Assembly (NCBI GenBank): GCA_016218765.1
Contig: JACRCZ010000048.1
Span: forward strand, 40,779 to 104,778
Length of the DNA stretch: 64,000 nt
Origin: Deltaproteobacteria bacterium
GTDB taxonomy: Bacteria > Myxococcota_A > Polyangia > DRWM01 > JAAZOP01
Direction: 5' to 3'
The translations under genes were made by a program, and so were the position numbers. Shown here piece by piece: positions 9,721 through 18,010 of the stretch (position 1 is the first letter of the stretch; every line of letters starts with the position of its first letter). The notes beneath the pieces are model-generated. The model saw only the letters and a list, made by a program, of their open reading frames with translations, did not search any database and was not told the origin of the DNA.

Positions 9721-10410
9721 ATGAACCTGAGCACGGAGGATGTCGCGCTCGACGCCGCCCGCCGGCGGTTCGAGGAGATCGTTCGGTCCGGGGCGATGCG
9801 GGTGTGCGAGAGGCCCGTGTACTACGCCGCCGACCGGGAGGACCGCGTCGCCGAGGGCGTCGCCCACTGCTGGGCGTGGTACCGGCACCAGTCGTTGCTG
9901 GGCAACAGCCCGGACGTCGCTCTCGTGGTCCACGTGGCCCGGCTGCGGACCACCGACCGTACGCGGCGTTTCGTCAGCGGCGACGGCACGCGCTGGGGCG
10001 AAGACGTCTACGTCCAGCAGGAGCGCGGCGTCGAGCTGCGGCGGCTCGACGGTGTGCACGACCACGACGACGGCGACGACGAGGAGCGGCACGAGGACCT
10101 GTCGCTGGGCTTGGCCCGACTCGGCGTCTCGAACCTGGAGGCGAATCTCGCCAGCTCGATCGACTTGCGCGACTGGCTCGACTCGCTCCCCTCCTCCGAC
10201 GAGGAGATGATCGAGATGCGCGGCGCTGGCCACGAACTCCACGAGATCGCCAAGGCGACCGGCCGGTCGGTGCCGACGATCTGCCGCCGCATCCGCGACC
10301 TCGGCGTCGAGCTGGCGGAGCGGGCCGGTGTGCCGGTTCCGCACGGAAGGCGCCGCGGTCGTGCCGGCGGCATCAGCGAGGTTCATGCCGACGCGGGCGG
10401 TGCGGCATGA
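9721..10410 (+). CDS. Regulator with a sigma-70 region-4-like HTH
   Basis: The C-terminal segment SDEEMIEMRGAGHELHEIAKATGRSVPTICRRIRDLG resembles sigma region 4 or a LuxR-type HTH. Confidence 0.5.
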   Translation: MNLSTEDVALDAARRRFEEIVRSGAMRVCERPVYYAADREDRVAEGVAHCWAWYRHQSLLGNSPDVALVVHVARLRTTDRTRRFVSGDGTRWGEDVYVQQERGVELRRLDGVHDHDDGDDEERHEDLSLGLARLGVSNLEANLASSIDLRDWLDSLPSSDEEMIEMRGAGHELHEIAKATGRSVPTICRRIRDLGVELAERAGVPVPHGRRRGRAGGISEVHADAGGAA

Positions 10411-10844
10411 GCGCGGCACGATGCCCCGCCTGCGGTCACGTTCTCGCCGCAGAGGCGCCGGCACCGTCGTTGCGCTGCTCCGCCGAGGCGTTCGAGGCGC
10501 TCGGCGAGCGGCTCTCTCGCTGCCGTCAGGAGCGCTTCCTCGTCGTCGCGCTCGACGCCCGGAACCGGATCATCGCCCGTCACCTCGTCGCGGTCGGGTC
10601 GCTCTCGACGTGCGTCGTGCACCCCCGCGAGGTTTTCTCGCCGCTCGTCCGTCGCCATGCTGCCGCAGCGCTGCTCGTCCACAACCACCCTTCCGGCGAC
10701 CCGCAGCCGAGCCCCGAGGACCGCGTCTTGACCGAGCGGCTGGCCGACGCTGGCCGGTTGCTCGGCATCCCCATCCTCGACCACCTGATCGTCGGGCGCG
10801 AGGGCTACCACAGCTTCCGCGACGCGGGCGGGATCTGCTCGTAG
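10407..10844 (+). CDS. radC: RadC-like JAB/JAMM domain protein
   Basis: The motif LLVHNHPSGDPQPSPEDRVLT is the RadC/UPF0758 signature (HNHPSG...PS..D). There is an ATGA overlap with the upstream regulator. Confidence 0.75.
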   Translation: MSAARCPACGHVLAAEAPAPSLRCSAEAFEALGERLSRCRQERFLVVALDARNRIIARHLVAVGSLSTCVVHPREVFSPLVRRHAAAALLVHNHPSGDPQPSPEDRVLTERLADAGRLLGIPILDHLIVGREGYHSFRDAGGICS

Positions 10845-10904
10845 CCGAGCTGGATCTTCGACCAGAAGTCGGCGAAGCTGCACGTCGCTGGAGACGTCGT
10901 CGCC

Positions 10905-11705
10905 ATGACGGGGCGCAAGACAAGTCGGAGCACGATGACCGGGATCCCTTGGCCCCCGCACGGCTCCAGCGGCGGCCCCCGGCGGCTGGGCGCATCGCAG
11001 CACACGTTCTGTCGCGGCGATGAGGCCGCTCAGGCCTTCGAGGCGATCACGACGGTGCCCGTAGGGAGAATCAAGGAAGCGGTGGCCAGTCCGCCGCCTT
11101 TTCCCGACGACAAGCGGCCGACCCGTTCGCACCGCCGGTCAAGGCACGTCTTCTTCCCCAAGTCCGGCGAGGCACAGCTGGACGTCGTCCAGCAGTTGGC
11201 CGCTGTCGTGAGGCACCACGACGAGGCACTGCACCAGCTCGAGGTCGCACGCTACGGTGAGGCCAACTGGGCTAGTCGAGTGGTGGACTACGCCGGCCAG
11301 CTGCGTCCGTCGGTCGACGCGCTGCTCCGCGCGCTCCAGCCACGGGGTGAACCGGCACCGGAGCTTCTCGCTCTGTTGGAAGAGGCCGGGTGGGGGGCGG
11401 GGGATGTCAAGACTCTGACCCGGCTCTTGGGCGAGCTGGTTGGTGCTGGGGAGCGGCTCAAGCTGCTCGCCCCAGCGGACGAGAAGCGCTCGCCCGGTCG
11501 ACCAATAGGCCCGTTCAACGAAATCGTTGCTCGCCTCGCAGCGATTCTTCGACCGATCGCCCACGGCCGGCACCGATTGGCGGTGTCGCTGTTCGTCATC
11601 GCATTCGACTGGGTGGATGACGAGATCCGCCGCAAGGTCGGCGACGTCATGTACTACGACTTCGATGCCGTCGCCGAGCGCGTGAAGTTCGCGCTCCGCA
11701 AGTAG
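10905..11705 (+). CDS. Hypothetical protein
   Basis: A 266-aa ORF. The start could instead be an internal Met. Confidence 0.45.
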   Translation: MTGRKTSRSTMTGIPWPPHGSSGGPRRLGASQHTFCRGDEAAQAFEAITTVPVGRIKEAVASPPPFPDDKRPTRSHRRSRHVFFPKSGEAQLDVVQQLAAVVRHHDEALHQLEVARYGEANWASRVVDYAGQLRPSVDALLRALQPRGEPAPELLALLEEAGWGAGDVKTLTRLLGELVGAGERLKLLAPADEKRSPGRPIGPFNEIVARLAAILRPIAHGRHRLAVSLFVIAFDWVDDEIRRKVGDVMYYDFDAVAERVKFALRK

Positions 11706-11843
11706 AGGATTCCGCTTCCGGGCGTTCCGCGTTCTCTCCCCACCCGGTTCCCCGGCCCCCCAGTTCCGCGCGTGCTCTGCTCATCGTGGGTCCCCCGGGG
11801 GTACTCGCGCGAGGTGCGGGACCCCGGGCGGCCGGAGCCGAAG

Positions 11844-12275
11844 ATGGCGCCGGACAGGGCAACCGGGTGGCTCGACGTGAAGCAGGTCGCGGAGCGCTTC
11901 GGCGTCAGCCGCACCACCGCCTACCGCTGGATCGTCGCCTTCATGCCGCACCTGCGCGTCGGTCGCGTCGTGCGCGTCACCGAGCGGACCCTCGAGGAGT
12001 TCGCCCGGAGGTTCACGGAGGTTCGTTCATGTCGAAGCTCTTCCGGCCCAAGGGCCGGCAGGTCTGGCAGACCCTCATCCGACTGCCCGACGGCCGGCGG
12101 ATGTGGCGCACCACCGGATGCACCGACCGACGCGCCGCAGAAGCTCGAGCTCGTCAGGTCGAGCGTGACGTGGCCGAAGCCGGTGATGCCAAGAACCAAA
12201 CCCACCCGCTCGGCGACGCCCTCGCCTACTTCATCGCCGACCGCGAGCGGATCGGACGTGCCGCAGGCACGGTGA
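11844..12275 (+). CDS. xis: Excisionase-family HTH DNA-binding protein. The 3' extent is uncertain
   Basis: LDVKQVAERFGVSRTTAYRWIVAFMPHLRVGRVVRV matches the excisionase/AlpA HTH. The ORF runs 246 nt into the integrase gene in another frame, so the true C-terminus may be earlier or a frameshift may be present. Confidence 0.5.
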   Translation: MAPDRATGWLDVKQVAERFGVSRTTAYRWIVAFMPHLRVGRVVRVTERTLEEFARRFTEVRSCRSSSGPRAGRSGRPSSDCPTAGGCGAPPDAPTDAPQKLELVRSSVTWPKPVMPRTKPTRSATPSPTSSPTASGSDVPQAR

Positions 12276-13117
12276 GCATGCACAAGGTCAAGGCCGGGCA
12301 CCTGATCCGGCTCCTCGGAGGGAACCACAACGTCAACTCGCTGAAGCTGGACGATGTCGCCGCGTACATCGACACGCGCAAGGTCGAGGGTGCCTGCACC
12401 AACACGATCGCCAAGGAACTGATCACGCTACGCGCAGCGCTGCGCGTAGCCCGCAAGCGGGGCGTCTACGACGGCCACCCGGAGGATCTGATCCCCACGG
12501 GGTTCAGCCCGCACTACGTGCCCCGCAAGCGCTGGCTCTCCCCGGCGGAGTTCGAGAAGCTCCTCCTCCAGTTGCCGGCCGACCGGCGGGCGCATGTCGC
12601 GATCATGGTCTTCACCGGGGTCCGGCTATCGGAGTCGGCTGCGCTGCGGCCGGAGCACGTCGACATCGAGAAGCGCCGCCTCTACATTCCGGGGACAAAG
12701 ACGGAGCAGGCCGGGACGACCGTTCCCCTCGCCGCTGCTGCGGTCCCGTGGCTGATGGCGCTGCTCGGTCACCGTCCCGCCGGGCAGGCGGAGCTCCTCA
12801 CCCCGTGGCGGAACATCCGGCGGGACCTCCGCCTCGCCTGCGACAAGGCCGAGATCGATCCCGTTTCGCCCAACGACCTCCGCCGCACCTTCTCCAGCTG
12901 GCTCGAGCAGGCCGGGGTCCCCCGCGGCACCAACGCCCGGCTGATGCGCCACACCACAACCGCGATGGTGGACAAGGTCTACGCCCAGTCCGCCTTCGAG
13001 ACGCTCTCGGCGGCTGCGGACCTCCTGCCCGCGGGTCCCACGGTCAGCGTCGGTCTGCTGCCCGCGCCGCCGGAGTCGAGACCGGACAAGGTCGCCAGCG
13101 ACGGAGCGAAGAAGTAG
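12029..13117 (+). CDS. int: Tyrosine site-specific recombinase (phage integrase family)
   Basis: The C-terminal catalytic region reads LRRTFSSWLEQAGV...LMRHTTTAMVDKVYAQ (R...HxxR...Y). A GGAGG RBS lies 9 nt upstream of the ATG. Confidence 0.85.
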   Translation: MSKLFRPKGRQVWQTLIRLPDGRRMWRTTGCTDRRAAEARARQVERDVAEAGDAKNQTHPLGDALAYFIADRERIGRAAGTVSMHKVKAGHLIRLLGGNHNVNSLKLDDVAAYIDTRKVEGACTNTIAKELITLRAALRVARKRGVYDGHPEDLIPTGFSPHYVPRKRWLSPAEFEKLLLQLPADRRAHVAIMVFTGVRLSESAALRPEHVDIEKRRLYIPGTKTEQAGTTVPLAAAAVPWLMALLGHRPAGQAELLTPWRNIRRDLRLACDKAEIDPVSPNDLRRTFSSWLEQAGVPRGTNARLMRHTTTAMVDKVYAQSAFETLSAAADLLPAGPTVSVGLLPAPPESRPDKVASDGAKK

Positions 13118-13238
13118 GAGACTGGGCGCTCGTTCCGCCACGGCGGTGACGAGCGGCAATTGACGACGCGGGGGAACGCCGCCGGCATCGCGCCGACGTG
13201 GCCCAACGTCCGACACGCGGTGGTCGAAACGGCGTACC

Positions 13239-14507
13239 ATGGCTCCGGGAGGAGAGGTGCGGGCGAGGATCCACCGCGGGGCGAGCGAGATCGGCGGCAA
13301 CTGCATCGAAGTGGAGGCTGCAGGCCACCGGCTTCTCCTCGATCTCGGCTGGCCGCTCAACCTCCCATTCGATGCCGATCTGTCCCTGCCCGAAGTCGCC
13401 GGCCTGTCGAGCGCCGATCCCTCCCTGCTCGGAGTCATCATCAGCCACCCCCACCTCGACCACTACGGTCTGGCCCGCAAGGTCCCGGCCGCCGTTCCCT
13501 TCTACGAGGGGGAAGCGGCGTACAACATCATGCGGGAGGCGGCCTTCTTCACCGGCGCCGGCATGACGGTGGAGCCGGCCGGCTTCCTGCGGCACCGCCA
13601 GCCGTTCACGCTCGGCCCGTTCACCGTCACGCCCTACCTGATCGACCACAGCGCCTTCGACTCGTACTGCCTGCTCGTCGAGGCCGACGGGCGACGCCTG
13701 TTCTACAGCGGCGACGTGCGGGCCCACGGACGCAAGCCCGGCACGTTCCTCGAGCTGCTCCGCGACCCTCCCGCCGACGTGGACGCGCTCGTCTTGGAAG
13801 GAACGAGCATCCGGCCGGACGCGGACGGCTCCGAACGGGCCATCACCGAGGCCGAAGTCGAGGACGCCTGTGTCGGGACGTTCCGGGCAACGCCCGGAAT
13901 GGTGCTCGCGCTGTTCTCCCCACAGAACATCGACCGGCTGGTCACCATGTACCGGTCGGCCATCCGCTCGGATCGCGACCTCGTGCTCGACCTCTACGCG
14001 GCAGCCGTGGCCGCCGCCACGGGACGCGAGACGATCCCGCAGGCCCACTGGGACCGGGTGCGCGTCTACCTGCCGCACGGCCAGCGGATGAAGGTGATCC
14101 AGTCGGCCGAGTTCCACCGAACGGATGCGGTTCGGCCCCGACGGATCTACCCGGAGGAGCTGCGCGAACGCTCCGGAAAGCTCGTCACGATCTTCCGCAC
14201 GAGCATGGCCCGGGAAATGGAGAAGGCCGGCTGCCTCGTGGGCGCCCATGCCGTGTGGTCGATGTGGCCGGGCTATCTGCGGGAGCCGTCCGGGGAGAAG
14301 CTGAAGGCGTTCTTGGACCGGCTCGGCATCGGGATGACCATCCACCACGCGAGCGGCCACGCCGCGGTCCCCGACCTGCAGCGGCTCGTCGAGGCCGTCG
14401 CGCCGCGCAAGGTCGTGCCGATCCACACGTCGGCCGCCGACCGCTTCCGCGAGTTCGTTCCCAGCGTCGAGCAGCATGGTGACGGCGAGTGGTGGGACGT
14501 CGCCTGA
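13239..14507 (+). CDS. MBL-fold metallo-hydrolase, possibly a beta-CASP-type nuclease
   Basis: It has the HxHxDH motif (SHPHLDH), a downstream Asp (YSGD) and conserved His residues near the C-terminus. The ORF is 422 aa. Confidence 0.7.
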   Translation: MAPGGEVRARIHRGASEIGGNCIEVEAAGHRLLLDLGWPLNLPFDADLSLPEVAGLSSADPSLLGVIISHPHLDHYGLARKVPAAVPFYEGEAAYNIMREAAFFTGAGMTVEPAGFLRHRQPFTLGPFTVTPYLIDHSAFDSYCLLVEADGRRLFYSGDVRAHGRKPGTFLELLRDPPADVDALVLEGTSIRPDADGSERAITEAEVEDACVGTFRATPGMVLALFSPQNIDRLVTMYRSAIRSDRDLVLDLYAAAVAAATGRETIPQAHWDRVRVYLPHGQRMKVIQSAEFHRTDAVRPRRIYPEELRERSGKLVTIFRTSMAREMEKAGCLVGAHAVWSMWPGYLREPSGEKLKAFLDRLGIGMTIHHASGHAAVPDLQRLVEAVAPRKVVPIHTSAADRFREFVPSVEQHGDGEWWDVA

Positions 14508-14518
14508 GTCCCGCGGGA

Positions 14519-15118
14519 ATGGAGGGCACCATGGAACATCGTCTTCATCAAGTCATCGGGGACATCGTGCAGGAAGCGGCCAAGGGGCTCAGCGGCGTCA
14601 GGCCACTTCTGGACCCAGCGTGCGGTGTCCCAAAGGCCGGGCACCACAACCTGCCGCTCTTTCTGTCGGAGGAGCCGAGCAACGCGACCGAGATCTGCAA
14701 CGTGGACGCCGTGATTCTCGTCGGCAACCGCGTCGAGGACTACCGCATCAAGGTCGTCGTCGAGATCGAGGAGGCTGACGTCGGGCCGACGAAGATCTGC
14801 GGCAAGTTCCTCACGACGACGCTGGCGAAGTACCTCATCCACGAGAAGCTCGGGGACCGCCCAGTACCGTTCGATGCCGCCGCCACGTTCGTGCAGGTGC
14901 TCGACACGTCGGGACTCAAGCTGGGCCGGAGTGCCAAGCCGCGCCAGTGGAAGAACATCGAGGACGCCATCAAGGCCGCCATCAGGGACACGCCGCTCGT
15001 CAAGGCGACAGGGGTGACGGGCTACATGCTGGTGCACGGGAACAAGGACGACTTCGGGCGGAATGGTGCGAAGCGACGCGAGCTCATGGAGTTCCTCCGC
15101 CAAGCAGTCGAGCGGTAG
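14519..15118 (+). CDS. Hypothetical protein paired with the MBL-fold gene
   Basis: About 200 aa, directly downstream with a start-stop overlap. It has a possible PD-(D/E)XK-like pattern (NVDAVILV...KVVVEIEE), which is weak. Confidence 0.5.
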   Translation: MEGTMEHRLHQVIGDIVQEAAKGLSGVRPLLDPACGVPKAGHHNLPLFLSEEPSNATEICNVDAVILVGNRVEDYRIKVVVEIEEADVGPTKICGKFLTTTLAKYLIHEKLGDRPVPFDAAATFVQVLDTSGLKLGRSAKPRQWKNIEDAIKAAIRDTPLVKATGVTGYMLVHGNKDDFGRNGAKRRELMEFLRQAVER

Positions 15119-15309
15119 GATTCGGGCGCCCAGCGCTACGAGGCCGGTGACGCGTCGCGGCGGCATCCCGTCGCGTCCATGACACCTCCGGCTGCGACCC
15201 GTCGACCGTCAACGCTGTCGTCAACACGAACCGGCACTTTGGGGCGTTTCCAGCAACAGGAGAACAGATCCCGCCCTCGCAGAAGCTCTTGATTCCTTTG
15301 TTTTTCGAG

Positions 15310-15382
15310 TGCCCAGGGACGGAGTTGAACCGCCGACACGGGGATTTTCAGTCCCCTGCTCTACCACCTGAGCTACCTGGGC
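15310..15382 (-). tRNA. tRNA-Phe (anticodon GAA)
   Basis: The minus-strand sequence GCCCAGGTAGCTCAGGTGGTAGAGCAGGGGACTGAAAATCCCCGTGTCGGCGGTTCAACTCCGTCCCTGGGCA folds as a canonical cloverleaf with anticodon loop CTGAAAA and closely matches bacterial tRNA-Phe. CCA is not encoded. Confidence 0.85.
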
Positions 15383-15422
15383 TCCGGGGGCGATGCGCTT
15401 CTATCGTCCGACGGGGGCGAAG

Positions 15423-16994
15423 TCAAGAAGGCGGGGGCTCGCGCAACGCGGCCCAGAACCCGCCGGAGTCCTCGGGACGCATCGGCTGCAGATAGCCGGC
15501 GTAGGCGGGCAACGCGGAGAGCTTCAGCGCCAGGCTGCGCAGGCCGCCCACGTCGCCCGCCCAGCCGTCGGGCTCGAAAGCCTGCACCAGCGCATCGCCG
15601 AAATCGTCCGGCGGGTAGTCCGGCCACTGCCGGTCGAACCGGTCCCGCAGGCGCAGGAGAAGATCGCGCGCGTCGGAAAGGCGGCCGAACCAGTGCTCCC
15701 ACGCGGTGCTCGCCTGCGTCTGGGAGAGCCCGCACGCGGCCACGAGCACCTGGTACGACAGGCCATCCGCCTGGCGCTCCTGCGCCAGGTGGTAGTTCGC
15801 CACGCCGGCCAGCGCCTCGTGCCCGCCCCAGCGCCAGAACATGGAGCGCTCGACGTCCGACAGCGTTCGCACGGCGTCGATCCAGTTCGCCCGCGAGTCG
15901 CGCGACGCGGGAGGCAGATGCAGGTTCACGTACGCCTTCTGCAACGCGTGCGTCAGCTCGTGGTACACGGTCTGCCGCAACGACACGTCGCGGCAGCCAC
16001 GATGCCACTCGCGCAGCGCCTCCGCTTCGTCCGGCTCCGGACCCAGGAGCTTCGCGTTGCGGCACAGCTCCGAGCCGTTCCAGACGTCCGCGCCGTGCAC
16101 GCCGAGGACGAGGCGGGAGTAGTCCTGCTCCATCGTCGATTCGTCGAGGACGAGCGGCTCGGTCGCGGTCGGATCGGCGTCCGGGTCGTTGTCCGCAAAG
16201 TACTTCATGCGTTCGGCGGTGCCGGGCAGCACGCGGTCCAACTCGGCCAGGTACTCCTCCCGGACGCCGCGGTCGCGCAGGAACGCGACGTACTCCCCGC
16301 GCGCGCGGAGGATCTCCGCCTGGACCTGGGCCGCGGCCTCCTCCGAGACGTAGACCGGCTCCCACTCCGCGGGCACGGTGAGGTCCCGACCCTTGCGCTC
16401 CTCGTCGGCGACCATGCGGTGCACCTCGCGAGCCTCGAAGTCGCCGGCGCGAAGCGGCAGGGGATCGCCCCACGCGCCGTTCCAGGCCTTCGCTTCGAGC
16501 GCGTCGAGCGCCATCGACATGAGGTGCAGCTCGTTGAGCACGACCTGGCGTGCGGTCGCCGCGGGGATGGCGTCGCGATGGAAGCGTTCGGCGCAAGAGC
16601 CGGGGCCCGAGAGGTCGGCGAGGACCGCGACGGGTGGGGGAGGCGGCGCGGCGTCCGCCGGGTCGGCGTCCGGACCGTCGCCGCTCGCCTCCGTGGCGGG
16701 GGGAGGCGTCGCGGCGTCCGGCAGCTCGGGGGCAGCGGCATCCAATGCGGCGGCGGGCGACTCCGCCGGCGATGCCGCCGGCGCGTCACGCGTCGGCGGG
16801 GACGGCGAGCCCGCCTGGCGCGGCGATCCGGACTGTCCCTTGCAGGAAAACGCGGGCAGTCCGACGGCGATGCACAGGCCGAACGCGGCGGCCGCGGCCC
16901 GTATCGTCCTTCCCCATCGGTGTCCATCGGTGGGGAGGTGGTGCGGTAGAGCGGTGGAGCGGTGGTGCGGTGAGGAGGTGGTGCGGTGGTTCAT
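15423..16994 (-). CDS. Lipoprotein zinc metallopeptidase (HExxH: HELTHA)
   Basis: The ATG at 16994 has a GGAAGGAA SD. A lipobox (LPAFSC) follows a 30-residue N-terminal region rich in His, Pro and Arg. The upstream part of ORF 15423..17675 was rejected. Confidence 0.6.
   Translation of the reverse strand: MNHRTTSSPHHRSTALPHHLPTDGHRWGRTIRAAAAAFGLCIAVGLPAFSCKGQSGSPRQAGSPSPPTRDAPAASPAESPAAALDAAAPELPDAATPPPATEASGDGPDADPADAAPPPPPVAVLADLSGPGSCAERFHRDAIPAATARQVVLNELHLMSMALDALEAKAWNGAWGDPLPLRAGDFEAREVHRMVADEERKGRDLTVPAEWEPVYVSEEAAAQVQAEILRARGEYVAFLRDRGVREEYLAELDRVLPGTAERMKYFADNDPDADPTATEPLVLDESTMEQDYSRLVLGVHGADVWNGSELCRNAKLLGPEPDEAEALREWHRGCRDVSLRQTVYHELTHALQKAYVNLHLPPASRDSRANWIDAVRTLSDVERSMFWRWGGHEALAGVANYHLAQERQADGLSYQVLVAACGLSQTQASTAWEHWFGRLSDARDLLLRLRDRFDRQWPDYPPDDFGDALVQAFEPDGWAGDVGGLRSLALKLSALPAYAGYLQPMRPEDSGGFWAALREPPPS
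16912..16990 (-). repeat. Composite short tandem repeats inside the 5' coding end of the metallopeptidase gene: 2 decamers CACCGATGG[A/G], then an 8-bp GGT[G/A]GAGC-type array
   Basis: The plus strand reads ccccatcggtgtccatcggtgggg, then ggtggtgcggtagagcggtggagcggtggtgcggtgaggaggtggtgcggtgg. Confidence 0.6.
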
Positions 16995-17087
16995 CGGTGG
17001 TTCCTTCCCCGAACCTTGACCGGTCATCGAACCGGATGCTACGCGAGACGCGGGGGACGGGCCAGCCGGCAAAGAGAGGCGGAGGCG

Positions 17088-17912
17088 ATGACGGAAGAGC
17101 TGAAGTCGATGCGCGTGGGTCGCGAGGGACCCGTGGCCGAGGTGACGTTGCTGGGCCCGGCCAAGGGAAACGCGATGGGCCCCGACCTGTTCCGCGAACT
17201 GCCGCTCGTGTTCGGGGCGCTGGACAAGGACCCGGAGGTGCGCGTCGCCATCCTGCGCGGCTCGGGCGACCATTTCTGCTACGGGCTCGACCTCCCAGGC
17301 ATGTTCCAGGTCCTGGCGCCGCTGGTGGGGGGACCGGTCGGGGCGCTGGAGCGCACGCGCCTCTTGGACATGCTGGGCGAGCTGCAGGCGTCGGTGGACG
17401 CGATCGCGCGGTGCCGCAAGCCGGTGATCGCGGCGATCCACGGCTGGTGCATCGGCGGCGGGCTGGACCTGGCGTCGGCGTGCGACATCCGGCTGTGTGC
17501 GAAGGACGCGCGGTTCTCGCTTCGCGAGGTCAAGATGGCCATCGTCGCGGACCTCGGCTCGCTCCAGCACCTGCCGCGGATCATCGGCGAGGGTCACACG
17601 CGCGAGCTGGCCTACACGGGGCGCAACATCGACGCGGCCGAGGCGCTGCGCATCGGCCTGGTCAACAGCGCGCACGACACGCCCGACGCCCTCTTCGCCG
17701 CCGCTCGCGCGCTGGCCGCCGAGATCGCCGCCAACGCGCCGCTCAGCGTCCAGGGCGTCAAGCGGATGCTCGAGTGGGGCGACGCCAAGAGCGTGCCCGA
17801 AGGGCTGCGGCAGGTCCTGCTGTGGAACACGGCGTTCCTGCCCTCGAAGGACCTCCAGGAGGCCTTCGCGGCGTTCGCGGAGAAGAGGCCACCGGCGTAC
17901 AAGGGGGAGTAG
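17088..17912 (+). CDS. Enoyl-CoA hydratase/isomerase (crotonase) family protein
   Basis: Crotonase-fold motifs are present (GDHFCYGLDL, HGWCIGGGLDLA). The ATG is an internal Met of ORF 16986..17912. Confidence 0.8.
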   Translation: MTEELKSMRVGREGPVAEVTLLGPAKGNAMGPDLFRELPLVFGALDKDPEVRVAILRGSGDHFCYGLDLPGMFQVLAPLVGGPVGALERTRLLDMLGELQASVDAIARCRKPVIAAIHGWCIGGGLDLASACDIRLCAKDARFSLREVKMAIVADLGSLQHLPRIIGEGHTRELAYTGRNIDAAEALRIGLVNSAHDTPDALFAAARALAAEIAANAPLSVQGVKRMLEWGDAKSVPEGLRQVLLWNTAFLPSKDLQEAFAAFAEKRPPAYKGE

Positions 17913-18010
17913 GTCTGGCTGGTGGCTGGTAGCTGGTAGCTGGTAGCTGGTGGGGGAAGCTGGCGGCTGGTGGCGCTACCGGCTACGAGCTACGAGCTAC
18001 GAGCTGATAC
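17913..18010. repeat. Heptamer tandem arrays, (RGCTGGT)x8 then (CTACGAG)x3, between convergent genes
   Basis: The arrays are read directly from the sequence. The crotonase TAG and the ACAD TAG are both embedded in the arrays. Confidence 0.7.

Larger units (their letters stand above)
1..15382. mobile_element. Putative integrative element (satellite/ICE-like) bounded on the right by tRNA-Phe. The left end lies outside the window
   Basis: The span contains a tyrosine integrase with an excisionase-type HTH gene, a PrimPol-helicase-like replication protein, a Cas4-like nuclease, RadC and a sigma-like regulator, next to the 3' end of a tRNA gene. No structural phage genes are visible. Boundaries are inferred because no att repeat was identified. 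Confidence 0.45.

Noticed and set aside
13044-14482. Long antisense or out-of-frame ORFs 13044..14477(-) and 13160..14482(+) over the MBL-fold gene
   Set aside because: They are Arg- or Pro-rich and overlap a gene that has clear MBL-fold motifs (HPHLDH).
15118-15310. Search for an att direct repeat of the tRNA-Phe 3' end within the window
   Set aside because: No convincing second copy was found by eye. The partner site is presumably left of position 1.
15423-17675. The N-terminal 227 residues of ORF 15423..17675(-)
   Set aside because: They have no coherent sequence and overlap the crotonase gene on the other strand. The ATG at 16994 has a strong SD and is followed by a lipoprotein signal.
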